Notes: generated by a model not told the origin, from the letters alone. Positions 13,994 to 26,825 are shown, counted from the stretch's first letter. The stretch is 64,000 nucleotides of DNA from Eledone cirrhosa (GCA_964016885.1 OZ024760.1:29574001-29638000), one strand, 5' to 3'. Numbers and translations: made by a program.

Positions 13994-13997
<4 letters not shown>
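11751..13997 (-). mobile_element. Penelope-like retroelement ORF (RT + C-terminal GIY-YIG), 5' end lost at a (TA)n tract
   Basis: About 748 stop-free codons: SDKT, KDHK..PSIRLI, FDIDNYYSSI, TMGS, LYRDD, NFLDITL, SNHP, CNC..CPL...C, IVYKC..YIGAT..FKTRYNTH, CRLC..CNH. Confidence 0.92.
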
Positions 13998-14086
<89 letters not shown>

Positions 14087-14091
<5 letters not shown>

Positions 14092-14425
14092 TGGTTTAGT
14101 GGTTAGAGCATTGGCCTTACAATCGAAAGGTTGTGAGTTCAATTCTCAGACCGGGTGATGTGTTATTTGCTTGAGCAAGACACTTTATTTCACATTGCTC
14201 CAGTTCACTCAGCTGTAGAAATGAGATGATAGGGACTGGGGTCCCTATCATTCCACTGCAAAGTGGTCGTGGAAGAGCCACGGCAAAAAAACACCCAGCC
14301 CACACTGTAAAGTGGACGTGTAGGCGCCACGGCAAAATTGCTGGAAGTGCTAGGCAGCCAGGAAAAAATGGCTGGTTGCTTTGAAAAGAAAAAAGGCAAG
14401 TTGAATCTGTAGGTGGGTAGTAGTT
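14087..14425 (+). mobile_element. tRNA-derived SINE plus shared flank
   Basis: A/B boxes; reverse complement of 2503-2848. Confidence 0.8.
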
Positions 14426-14450
14426 ATATATACATGTAGGTGGGTAGTAG

Positions 14451-14492
<42 letters not shown>

Positions 14493-14532
14493 TATAATAT
14501 ATATATATATATAATATATATATATATATATA

Positions 14533-14658
14533 ATTAGAAATGTTAGCTATCGCCGTATTTTGACTATAGAAATTAAAGAAATTATTTAGCCTGAGAGTGG
14601 GGTTAAGAACCATCGGAGAAATGGAAAAAGGTGAGTATTGACGTACATGTACCATCAT

Positions 14659-14698
<40 letters not shown>

Positions 14699-14811
14699 TA
14701 CGTCAATACTCATCTTTTTCCATTTCTCCGAGGGTTCTTAACCCCACTCTCAGGCTAAATAATTTCTTTAATTTCTATAGTCAAAATACGACGATAGCTA
14801 ACATTTCTAAT
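14533..14811. repeat. Hairpin with arms of about 115 bp around a CAT/TA microsatellite loop
   Basis: 14533-14648 is complementary to 14696-14811 with few mismatches. Confidence 0.9.
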
Positions 14812-14870
14812 AATTTCAAATCAACTCGCTGTTTCGAAAATATTCTTACTTGATATATATATATATATAT

Positions 14871-14917
14871 CATCATCATCATCACCATCATTTTACGTCC
14901 GCTTTTCCCTGCTTGCA
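14871..14917 (-). mobile_element. Tiny RTE 3'-tail fragment inside (TA)n
   Basis: catcat..ttttacgtccgcttttccctgcttgca matches the LINE terminus. Confidence 0.8.
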
Positions 14918-14953
14918 TATATATATATGTATATATAGATATATATATATATG

Positions 14954-14999
<46 letters not shown>

Positions 15000-15154
15000 C
15001 ATATATATATATATACATATATATATATCCATATACATATATATATACATATACATATATATATACATACATATACATATATATATATATACATATATAT
15101 ATATACATATATATATATATACATATATATAGATATATACATATATATATATCC

Positions 15155-15202
<48 letters not shown>

Positions 15203-15274
15203 ATTTAGAGTTTACACTCAAGGGGTCATTTACAATTATTTTAGCTCTAAGAAAGAAGCATTTCTGAGCAGTAC

Positions 15275-15919
15275 AATACAAGTTAATATAAATTAATATA
15301 TGATAAAAACTTACATGTTTTTATTGTAATTGACAATAAATTAGCTAGAATGAAATATCTTAATTCAAATACATATAGTCTGCCTGTATCGATCTAAAAA
15401 ATAATAAATCAATACTCACAAACACATATCGGCAAAAGGCCTTGGTACCTAGACAAGTTTACGGCTGTTATTTCTAGCGCCATGAGTATGAGATGGCTAG
15501 AGGGCTGGAAGAATTTGTGTGCAAAACCTCGTGTACTTTCGCGTACGTTAACCAGACCGTAGATATTTTTCCGAGGTGAAGTAACTTAATTATTCCTGGT
15601 ACCTATTGATAAACACAGAAAATTAATTATTTCACAATTAATTAATTATTTCACTATTATACCATCCTTTGTGAAACATGTTTACATTTTGAAGCTCGGA
15701 CTGATCTGCGGAAAAGGTTTGAATTTTGAAATTTAAACTTGTCTAGGTACCTAGGGCTTTTGCCGATATGTGTTTGTGAGTATTGATTTATTATTTTTTA
15801 GTTCGATACAGGCAGACTATATGTATTTGAATTAAGATATTTCATTCTAGCTAATTTATTGTCAATTACAATAAAAACACGTAAGTGTTTATCATATAAT
15901 AATTTATATTAACTTGTAT

Positions 15920-15920
<1 letters not shown>
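15275..15920. mobile_element. MITE/foldback element with TIRs of about 185 bp
   Basis: 15275-15460 is the reverse complement of 15735-15920; non-coding core. Confidence 0.75.
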
Positions 15921-15956
<36 letters not shown>

Positions 15957-16170
15957 ATATATATATATATAACATTATCGGTTTCAACACACGTTTTCAG
16001 ATAAAAAATCTTGCTAAACAAATTCAGAAAGGAAATATATATATACACACATACACATACTTTAGCACTTATTACAAGCTTCATAATTACGTAAGAATAA
16101 CTTGAAAACATTTGTTAACATCATTATTTTTATTTGTATTTAATTCATTTATTATCTTATATATATACAA

Positions 16171-16352
16171 AGGGCGGTGAATTAGCAGTATCGGTAGAGG
16201 GTCGGACATGCTTTCTAGCATAGAGTTACGTCCCTTTACGGTCTGCGTTCAAATCCCACCGAGGTCAACTTTGCCTTTCATCCATACGGGGTCGATAAAA
16301 TAAAGTAATGTACTGGTTATTTGCTGGCCTTGTGCCAAAAGTAGAAACAATT
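16171..16352 (+). mobile_element. tRNA-derived SINE with Meta-like central domain
   Basis: GTTCAAATCC B box followed by GCCTTTCATCC..GGGGTCGATAAA; further copies at 18815-18915(+), 37305-37495(-), 37572-37720(-). Confidence 0.75.
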
Positions 16353-16877
16353 ATCTTATATATATACACCTTTCACCATTTGTCTTTGTATTTCTCCACT
16401 TAACATACTTTATCTCGATAATTTTATCCTATAATATAATACATATCAAACTAGCTAATTTACATAGTAATGTATATTCGTCCGTATGTTTATTTTCTTT
16501 TCTCTCTTCTTCATATCCCCATATTTACGATTAATTTCTATCCTCCTCTGCTCCCTCATCCCTCTTAATCTTCCTCTATTTCTTTCTCATCTTCCTTACT
16601 TATCCTTCTTCTTTGCCTATGCTATATCTCCCCCTTCTCTCTTTCTATATATATCTTTATTATTATTAAAATTATATTTGTTTTGATATGATAGTTTGAT
16701 TTCGTAACTTTTGCCGGTTATACATTTAACTATATCTTCGTTCCTTCTTTCGTCATTTTCTTTCTTTCTCTCTCATTTCCATCTGTCCCCCCTTCCTTTA
16801 TTTATCATTAATACTATTATTGATGTAGTAATTTGAATTTTTAAGTTTACTGTTACGCATATATTTTATATTTCTTA

Positions 16878-16988
16878 ATAGTCTCTGATGAAATGGTTGA
16901 ACTTAGATGTATTGTAAATTGAGTTATACTGTCTTCAGTATTTAGCAATTTATAGACAATTCTATCATGGAAACAATTGTAAGACTGT
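16878..16988 (+). ncRNA. Type I hammerhead ribozyme with long stem II
   Basis: AUAGUCU-CUGAUGA-[78-nt stem II]-GAAACAAUUGUA^AGACUGU; 7-bp stem I; AATAAA directly after. Confidence 0.75.
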
Positions 16989-17377
16989 AAATAAATTTCC
17001 TTGTTTGTACTGTCAACCATGTTATTCTTCACTTTTTTATTACTCCAAGATATATTTACATAGGAATACAAGCGAAGTCATAAAATCGTCACCAACGTAA
17101 ACTTCTTGTTGAGTCACACAGCACCGTACGCTTAAACTGTCCATTATAATTAGTTTTCATAGACTCTTATCAGATTACCTTTAATGATTTATCGTTATCC
17201 TACATATATATATATATATATATTATGTGGAATATAAAAACAGACTTGTTGATTTTCACATAAGTTTATTAGCTGAGTAACAGGAAGGTCATGGCTGGAA
17301 TGTCCTCATTTTCTCACAAAGTCTGATCTGTGAAATAAAGAAAGCTTTATAGACCTTCGGCTTTACTGTGTCTAGAC

Positions 17378-17530
17378 CAGGGTTTCCCAAACTTTTTCAA
17401 ACACGGAACCTTTTTTGGTTCAGAAGCTTTAGGGGGGAACTCTAAAATCTAACACTGTTATATGGTTGTAATATAAATATATTCCTCTACCTTTCATGGA
17501 ACCCTAGGCACTCCTTTGTGGTAACCACTG
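17378..17530. mobile_element. hAT-type MITE (153 bp)
   Basis: TIRs CAGGGTTTCCCA / TGGTAACCACTG; 8-bp TSD GTCTAGAC on both sides. Confidence 0.85.
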
Positions 17531-17622
17531 GTCTAGACTAATCTTTTCTCCGTGAAACTTGCTTGATTAAATGAAGACATTCCAGCCATGACCCTCCTGT
17601 TACTCAGCTAATAAACTTACGT

Positions 17623-17870
17623 GGAGGCACATAGCCTAGTGTTGGACTTATGATCATAATGTCGTGGGTTCGATTCCTGGGTTGTGTGTTGTGTTCTTGA
17701 GCAAAACACTTCATTTCATACTCAGTATACTCAGCTGGAAATAAGTACCAGCAATAACTGGGGGGTTTACCCTGTGATGGACTGGTGTCCTGTCCAGGGG
17801 AAGTCTTGTACTCTCAGTTGCTTCATGCCATGAAACTGGGATAAGAAATGGCCTAATAAGCCGTAAATGG
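17623..17870 (+). mobile_element. tRNA-derived SINE
   Basis: GGTTCGATTCC B box and cctgtgatggact..ccagggg body; minus-strand relatives at about 45220-45630. Confidence 0.75.
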
Positions 17871-18184
17871 CTTAAAACAGACTTTAGACGTTTCATCATC
17901 ATTTAACATCCATTTTCCACACTAGCATGAGTTAGACAGACACTTATACTTAGAAAATCAACAAGTTTGTTTTTATAAGCAAGACATCTTTGGAAAGTTC
18001 AAAAACCAGCAACTGTGACTAACGCCACATTAAACATGTCATTACTATATTTAACTGCACATTTTCACAACAATCTGTCGAATAATAAAAATACTTTAAA
18101 CATTTGAATTAACGTATTGTAGATATTTTCTGCTAAGTTGTTACAGGCTGTTAATAAACGTAAAATAGATAGTGTTATAGTTTA

Positions 18185-18560
18185 TGTTTGACAGACAAAT
18201 GGTGTTGGCAATGTGTTTGACAAACTAAGTGTTGTTGGTATTGTGTTTGACAAACAAAATGGTGTTTTGGTATTGACTCCTTTGTTTAACAATCAAGTAG
18301 TATAAGTCTCCTGCGTTTGACAGACAAAATGGTGCTGTTGGTAGTGTGCTCTTTGTTTGATAGCAAAACAGTGTTATTGGTATTGTGTTTGACAAACAAT
18401 ATGTTGTTGTTGGTATTGTCTGACAGACAAAATGGTCTCATTGGTATTGTGTCTGACAGACAAAATGGTGTTTTTGGTATCGTGTCGGACAGACAAAATG
18501 GTGCTGTTGGTATTGTGTCTGACAGACAAAATGGTGTTGTTGGTATTGTGTCTGACAGTG
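18185..18560. repeat. Degenerate 33-bp minisatellite
   Basis: Unit tgtctgacagacaaaatggtgttgttggtattg. Confidence 0.8.
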
Positions 18561-19374
18561 AAATATATTGTGAAAAGTAATACATAACAGAGCAGACACA
18601 AATCAACATGGTTTATAGAATAAGAAACATGTAGCAGATATCGTACACACGTAGGAGAATATCACATTTGTCTTGTTTGATATCACACATGTTGGAATAT
18701 CCTTGATAAAACTGTTACAGAAATATCACAGGGAGGTTACAAAATCAATTAAAAAATGTATTATGTAATACCTCAGGGACATTGTGTAACACAAGACATT
18801 ATGTAATACTACACGCCGAGGTTAACTTTGCCTTTCATCCTTACGGGGACGATAAAATAAAGTACCAGTAATGTACTGGGTATTTGCTGGCCTTGTGCCA
18901 ATAGTAGAAACAATTATGTAATACTACACAGATATTATGTGATATAACACAGTTGTTGCGTAATATCACGCATGTTGTGTAATAATACAGTTGTTATCTA
19001 CTATCTCGGGGTATATATCTCACAGCTGTATTGGAACACAACACAGATATTGTGTAATATCACACATTTGTTGTGTAATATATGTAACACCACACATGTA
19101 TTGTGCAAAATACCACAGGCATTGCTCAATATCACACACGTGTTATGTGATATCACACAGTTGTTGTCTGATACCACACGTATTATGTAACACCTGATAC
19201 ATGTTTTCTAACATCACAGGTGTGTTATGTGGTGCCACACAGACATATTACACAGACATCGTGTAATATCACACATGCAATGGAGCACATGTATTCACTG
19301 AATACATGTGTCCCTTGAACTAAATATCCCACATGTGTTATATAAGCTATCACAGCATATCAGGTTTGGGTTGC

Positions 19375-20183
19375 CTAGAATATATAGTGTGTAATATAGA
19401 GTATTACATGTGTACTATAGAATATATGGTGTATACTATAGAATATATGGTGTGTACTATAGAATATAAGGTGTGTACTATAGAATATAAGGTGTGTAGT
19501 ATAGAATATAAGGTGTGTAGTATAGAATATAAGGTGTGTACTATAGAATATAAGGTGTGTACTATAGAATATATAGTGTGTACTATAGAATCTATATGGT
19601 GTGTAGTATAGAATATATGGTGTGTAGTATAGAATATAAGGTGTGTAGTATAGAATATATAGTGTGTACTATAGAATATATAGTGTGTACTATAGAATAT
19701 AAGGTGTGTACTATAGAATATATAGTGTGTAGTATAGAATATAAGGTGTGTACTATAGAATATAAGGTGTGTACTATAGAATATATAGTGTGTACTATAG
19801 AATCTATATGGTGTGTACTATAGAATATATTGTGTGTACTATAGAATATAAGGTGTGTACTATAGAATATAAGGTGTGTAGTATAGAATATATAGTGTGC
19901 ACTATAGAATATAAGGTGTGTAGTATAGAATATATGGTGTGTAGTATAGAATATAAGGTGTGTACTATAGAATATAAGGTGTGTAGTATAGAATATAAGG
20001 TGTGTAGTATAGAATATAAAGTGTGTACTATAGAATATAAGGTGTGTACTATAGAATATATGGTGTGTAGTATAGAATACAAGGTGTGTAGTATAGAATA
20101 CAAGGTGTATACTACAGGATATTATATATGTAATATAGAACATCAGGTATGTTCTATGAAATACAAAGCATGTACTATAGAAT
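19375..20183. repeat. 21-bp minisatellite
   Basis: Unit tatagaatataaggtgtgtac/g. Confidence 0.95.
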
Positions 20184-20403
20184 GATAATGATGATGATGT
20201 TGATTGTGATAATGATGATCATGATGTTCGTGATTATGGCGATAGTGATGATATCTGTTATGATGGTGATGATGATGATGGTGATGATGTTTGTGATGAT
20301 GATAACAGCATTTAAGCCACCATTTACAAACCTGATGCAAATATTTTGCAGCTTCTGAGAGAGACAGGATGATAAATGGTCGCTGAAGTGGTCATATGAC
20401 CTT

Positions 20404-21635
20404 AACCACCAACACCACCGACACCACCAACACCACCACCAACACCTCCACTGACACCACCAACACCACTAACACTGACACCACTAACACCACTGACACC
20501 ACCAATACCACCAAGACCACTACCAACACCACCACTGACACCACCACCACCACCACCACTGACACCACCACTGCCACCACCAACACCACCACTGACCACC
20601 ACCAACACCACCACTGACACCACCAATACCACCAAGACCACTACCAACACCACCACTGACACCACCACCACCACCACTGACACCACCACTGCCACCACCA
20701 ACACCACCACTGACACCACCACTGCCACCACCAACACCACCACTGACACCACCACTGACACCACCACTGACACCACCACTACCACCACCAACACCACCAC
20801 TGACACCACCACTACCACCACCAACACCACCACTACCACCACCACTACCACCACCAACACCACCACTACCACCACCAACACCACCACTGACACCACCACT
20901 ACCACCACCAACACCACCACTGACACCACCACTACCACCACCAACACCACCACTGACACCACCACTACCACCACCAACACCACCACTGACACCACCACTA
21001 CCACCACCAACACCACCACTGACACCACCACTACCACCACCACTGACACCACCACTACCACCACTGACACCACCACTGACACCACCACTACCACCACCAA
21101 CACCACCACTGACACCACCACTACCACCACCAACACCACCACTGACACCACCACTACCACCACCAACACCACCACTGACACCACCACTACCACCACCAAC
21201 ACCACCACTGACACCACCACTACCACCACCACTGACACCACCACTACCACCACTGACACCACCACTACCACCACTGACACCACCAACACCACCACTGACA
21301 CCACCACTACCACCACCACTGACACCACCACTACCACCACCACCAACACCACCACTGACACCACCACTACCACCACCACTGACACCACCACTACCACCAC
21401 CAACACCACCACTGACACCACCACTACCACCACCAACACCACCACCACTGACACCACCACTACCACCACCAACACCACCACTACCACCACCACCAACACC
21501 ACCACTGACACCACCACTACCACCACCACCAACACCACCACTGACACCACCACTACCACCACCACCAACACCACCACTGACACCACCACTACCACCACCA
21601 CCAACACCACCACTGACATCACGACCACTACCAAC
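20404..21635. repeat. (ACC)n-based compound repeat
   Basis: Direct inspection. Confidence 0.95.
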
Positions 21636-21681
21636 TATACCACTGGTAATTGCAGTTTTTATTGCAGTAGATGTTACATCA

Positions 21682-22920
21682 GGTGGTGTAGTATGTGGTG
21701 TAGTGTGTGGTGTAGTGTATGGTGTAGTGTATGGTGTAGTGTGTGGTGTAGTGTATGGTGTAGTGTATGGTGTAGTGTGTGATGTAGTGTGTGGTGTAGT
21801 GTGTGGTGTAGTTTGTGGTGTAGTGTATGGTGTAGTGTGTGGTGTAGTATGTGGTGTAGTATGTGGTGTAGTGTGTGGTGTAGTGTGTGGTGTAGTATGT
21901 GGTGTAGTGTATGGTGTAGTGTGTGGTGTAGTATGTGGTGTAGTGTGTGGTGTAGTGTGTGGTGTAGTGTGTGGTGTAGTGTGTGGTGTAGTATGTGGTG
22001 TAGTGTATGGTGTAGTGTATGGTGTAGTGTATGGTGTAGTGTGTGGTGTAGTATGTGGTGTAGTATGTGGTGTAGTGTGTGGTGTAGTGTGTGGTGTAGT
22101 ATGTGGTGTAGTGTATGGTGTAGTGTATGGTGTAGTGTATGGTGTAGTGTATGGTGTAGTGTGTGGTGTAGTATGTGGTGTAGTGTGTGGTGTAGTGTGT
22201 GGTGTAGTGTGTGGTGTAGTGTGTGGTGTAGTGTGTGGTGAAGTGTGTGGTGTAGTGTGTGGTGTAGTGTGTGGTGTGGTGTAGTGTATAGTGGTGTAGT
22301 GTAGTGTGTGGTGTAGTGTGTGGTGAAGTGTGTGTTGTAGTGTGGTGTGTGGTGTAGTGTGTGGTGTGGTGTGTGGTGTAGTGTGTGGTGTAGTATGTGG
22401 TGTAGTGTGTGGTGTAGTGTGTGGTGTAGTATGTGGTGTAGTGTAGTGTGGTGTAGTGTGTTGTGTAGTGTGTGGTGTAGTCTGTGGTGTAGTATGTGGT
22501 GTAGTGTGTTGTGTAGTGTCATGTAGTGTGTGGTGTAGTGTATGGTGTAGTGTAGTGTAGTGTATGGTGTAGTGTGTGGTGTAGTGTATGGTGTAGTGTG
22601 TGTTGTAGTGTAGTGTGGTGTAGTGTGTGGTGTAGTTTGTGTTGTAGTGTGTGTAGTGTAGTGTGGTGTAGTGTATGGTGTAGTGTGTGGTGTAGTGTGT
22701 GGTGTAGTGTATGGTGTAGTGTGTGGTGTAGTGTATGGTGTAGTGTGTGGTGTAGTGTATGGTGTAGTGTGTGTTGTAGTGTAGTGTGGTGTAGTGTGTG
22801 GTGTAGTTTGTGTTGTAGTGTGTGTAGTGTAGTGTGGTGTAGTGTATGGTGTAGTGTGTGGTGTAGTGTGTGGTGTAGTGTATGGTGTAGTGTGTGGTGT
22901 AGTGTGTGGTGTAGTGTGTG
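21682..22920. repeat. 12-bp minisatellite (gtgtggtgtagt)
   Basis: Direct inspection. Confidence 0.95.
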
Positions 22921-23234
22921 TTACAAAAGACACTCTAGGTGATGTTGCAACATATAGTGTATCAGATTGTGCAGTACACACTGGAGTGTGTGTTGTAGTA
23001 GATGGTGCAGTGGATATTGCAACAGATTATGCAGTTGAGGCTGCAGTAGACACTGCTGCTGATGTTGCACTAGAAGGTGGTGTCAGTGTTGCAGTAGATA
23101 CTGGAGCAAATGGTGCAGTTGACATTGCACTAGATGGCTGTGCAGTCGGTGTGGCATCTGACACTGCAGTATATGGGTGGTCGTGCAGTTGGTATTGCAC
23201 TGGGTGGTTATGCAGTTGGTATTGCACTGAGTGG

Positions 23235-24592
23235 TTATGCCGTTGGTATTGCACTGGGTGGTCGTTCAGTTGGTATTGCACTGGGTGGTCGTTCAGTTGG
23301 TGTTGCACTGGGTGGTCGTTCAGTTGGTGTTGCACTGGGTGGTCGTGCAGTTGGTGTTGCACTGGATGGTCGTTCAGTTGGTATTGCACTGGGTGGTCGT
23401 GCAGTTCGTAATACACTGGGTGGTTGTGCAGTTGGTGTTGCACTGGATGGTCGTGCAGTTGGTATTGCACTGGGTGGTCGTGCAGTTCGTAATACACTGG
23501 GTGGTCGTGCAGTTGGTATTGCACTGGATGGTCGTGCAGTTGGTGTTGCACTGGGTGGTTGTGCAGTTGGTGTTGCACTGGATGGTCGTGCAGTTGGTGT
23601 TGCACTGGATGGTCGTGCAGTTGGTGTTGCACTGGGTGGTCGTGCAGTTGGTGTTGCAGTCAAGAGTGCAGGAGATGGTGCAGTTGGTGTTGCAGGATAT
23701 GGTGCAGTTGGTGTTGCAACATTAACTGCATCTGATACTGCAGTTGGTGTTGCACTGGGTGGTCGTGTAGTTGATGTTGCAGTCAAGAGTGCAGGAGATG
23801 GTGCAGTTAGTGTTGCAATATTAATTGCATCTGATACTGCAGTTGGTGATGCACTGGGTGGTTGTGCAGTTGGTGTTGCAGTCAAGAGTGCAGGAGATGG
23901 TGCAGTTGGTGTTGCAGGATATGGTGCAGTTGGTGTTGCACTGGGTGGTTGTGTAGTTGGTGTTGCAGTCAAGAGTGCAGGATATGGTGCAGTTGGTGTT
24001 GCAATATTAACTGCATCTGATACTGCAGTTGGTGTTGCACTGGGTGATTGTGTAGTTGGTGTTGCAGGAGATGGTGCAGTTGGTGTTTCACTGGATGGTT
24101 GTGTAGTTGGTCTTGCACTTGACACTGCAACAGATGGTGCAGTTGGTGCTGCAGTCAAAGGTACAGGAGCTGGTGCAGTTGGTGTTGCAGGAGATGGTGC
24201 AGATGGTGTTGCAATATTAACTGCATCTGACACTGCAGTTGGTGCTGCACTGGATGGTTGTGTAGTTGGTGTTGCACTTAACACTGCAGCAGATGGTGCA
24301 GTTGGTGCTGCAGAAGATGGTGCAGTTGGTGTTGCAGTCAAGAGTGCAGGAGATGGTGCAGCAGTAACAGCCTCTCCTGTAACAGCTCCTCTCAGCTGCA
24401 CAATATGTTGCTCCTTGACCTCATCATGTCTTCCAGATAAGGGTCGTGTCTGTGCAGGGGTCCTTTGCTGTTCCCTACTGGCAGCCCTAGGGTCTCCTTC
24501 CTTTAATGATGTGTCGCTCACCCCAGACTCTCCTCCACCAACATCTCCCCCACTCCACGACTTTCTTCCATTTGGTTCCGTCTCAGGAACAT
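23235..24592 (-). CDS. ERICH3: ERICH3-like probable terminal coding exon, Ala/Pro/Thr/Ser-rich repeats
   Basis: Acceptor ttttctag|ATGTTCCT in phase 1; open frame [17 protein letters not shown].. to TAA; phase fits the preceding exon. Confidence 0.6.
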
Positions 24593-24629
24593 CTAGAAAA
24601 TATGTGGAAAATAAAATATAAAAAAATGA

Positions 24630-24917
24630 CAATGATGGTGATGATGATGGTGGTGGTGATGGTGGTGATGGTGGTGATGATGATGATGGTGGTGATGATG
24701 GTGGTGGTGATGGTGGTGATGGTGGTGATGATGATGATGATGGTGGTGATGATGGTGGTGATGGTGGTGGTGGTAATGATGGTGATGGTGGTGGTGATGG
24801 TGGTGGTGGTGATGGTGGTGGTGATGGTGGTGATGGTGGTGGTGATGATGGTGATGATGATGGTGGTGATGGTGATGATGATGGTGATGGTGGTGGTGGT
24901 GGTGGTGATGATGGTGG

Positions 24918-24949
<32 letters not shown>

Positions 24950-25136
24950 GTGGTGGTGATGGTGGTGGTGATGATGATGATGGTGATGATGGTGATGGTG
25001 GTGATGGTGGTGGTGATGGTGGTGGTGATGATGATGATGGTGATGGTGATGGTAATGATGATGGTGGTGATGATGGTGATGATGATGATGATGATGGTGG
25101 TGGTGATGGTGGTGGTGATGATGATGATGGTGGTGA

Positions 25137-25170
<34 letters not shown>

Positions 25171-25610
25171 GGTGGTGGTGGTGATGATGATGGTGATGAT
25201 GGTGGTAATGGTGATGGTGGTGATGATGGTGATGATGATGATGATGATGGTGATGATGATGGTGGTGGTGATGGTGGTGATGGTGGTGGTGATGATGATG
25301 GTGGTGATGATGATGGTGGTGGTGATGGTGGTGATGGTGGTGGTGGTGATGATGATGATGGTGGTGGTGATGGTGGTGATGGTGGTGGTGATGATGGTGA
25401 TGGTGGTGATGATGATGGTGGTGATGATGGTGATGGTGATGATGATGGTGATGGTGGTGGTGATGATGGTGATGGTGATGATGATGGTGATGGTGGTGGT
25501 GATGATGGTGGTGATGATGGTGATGGTGATGATGATGGTGATGATGGTGATGGTGGTGGTGATGGTGGTGATGGTGGTGGTGATGGTGGTGGTGATGATG
25601 ATGATGGTGG

Positions 25611-25644
<34 letters not shown>

Positions 25645-26040
25645 GGTGGTGGTGGTGATGGTGATGATGGTGGTAATGGTGATGGTGGTGATGATGGTGA
25701 TGATGATGATGATGATGGTGATGATGATGGTGGTGGTGATGGTGGTGATGGTGATGATGATGATGGTGGTGATGATGATGGTGGTGATGATGGTGGTGAT
25801 GATGGTGGTGATGGTGGTGGTGATGATGGTGATGGTGATGGTGGTGGTGATGATGGTGGTGATGGTGGTGATGGTGATGATGATGATGGTGGTGATGATG
25901 ATGATGATGGTGGTGGTGGTGATGGTGGTGGTGGTGATGGTGGTGATGATGGTGGTGATGATGATGATGGTGGTGATGATGATGATGATGGTGGTGGTGG
26001 TGATGGTGGTGGTGGTGATGGTGGTGATGGTGATGATGAT
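24630..26040. repeat. (GAT/GGT)n intronic repeat
   Basis: Direct inspection. Confidence 0.95.
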
Positions 26041-26073
26041 TCCAACATGTTAAGAGTAATTAGTGAGTCTCAC

Positions 26074-26409
26074 CTGTTGTAACTTCCCTGCCGCCAGACG
26101 CTGTGTCAACAGGGACCCCACAACTTGTCCCCTTCACTTCGTCTTCTATAACACTTTCTATGTCACCCACACTTGATTCTTCCTTTACATCTTCTTCTAC
26201 TTCTTCTTTACATCCATCATCATCGTTTCTTTCTTCTTCCTCCTCCTCCACCACCCCGTTCTCTTCTTCCTCCTCCACCACCCCGTTCTCTTCTTCCTCC
26301 TCCACCACCCCGTTCTCTTCTTCCTCCTCCTCCACCCTGTTCTCTTCTTCCTCCTCCTCCACCCTGTTCTCTTCTTCATGGTCATCAAAGTCATCTTCAT
26401 AGCCGGACC
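26074..26409 (-). CDS. ERICH3: ERICH3-like Glu-rich exon
   Basis: tttgacag|GGTCC..ACAG|gtgaga; 336 nt, phase 1-1; GSGYEDDFDDHEEENRVEEEEEE. Confidence 0.75.
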
Positions 26410-26489
26410 CTGTCAAACAATAAACAATGGTGATGATGATGATAGACACTCCATTAGCACCACCACAATACCTCTACTACCACTACTAC

Positions 26490-26825
26490 CTCTCACCTCC
26501 CACCACTCCTGGAGGACACCTCTTACCTCCTACCACTCCTGGAGGACATCTCTCACCTCCTACCACTCCTGGAGGGCACCTCTCACCTCCTACCACTCCT
26601 GGAGGACACCTCTCACCTCCTACCACTCCTGGAGGACATCTCTCACCTCCTACCACTCCTTGAGGGCATCTCTCACCTCCTACCACTCCTTAGAGGACAT
26701 CTCTCACCTCCTACCACTCCTTGAGGGCATCTCTCACCTCCTATCACTCCTGGAGGAAATCTCTCACCTCCTACCACTCCTGGAGGACACCTCTCACCTC
26801 CTACCACTCCTGGAGAACACCTCTT
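26490..26825. repeat. 30-bp intronic minisatellite
   Basis: Unit tctcacctcctaccactcctggaggacacc. Confidence 0.95.

Larger units (their letters stand above)
17233..17977. mobile_element. Outer MITE interrupted by a hAT MITE and a SINE
   Basis: Inverted arms 17261-17310 / ~17568-17619 and 17233-17257 / ~17953-17977. Confidence 0.6.

Noticed and set aside
13998-14090. ATG start of the 779-aa ORF
   Set aside because: Supplied by the SINE edge and a TG/TA microsatellite; not the element's own N-terminus
14089-14165. tRNA-like sequence with A/B boxes
   Set aside because: SINE head: no acceptor stem, and it continues into the SINE body
24593-26048. Extensin-like Pro/Ser N-terminal half of the 937-aa ORF
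   Set aside because: It is the (GAT/GGT)n intron upstream of a clear splice acceptor at 24593
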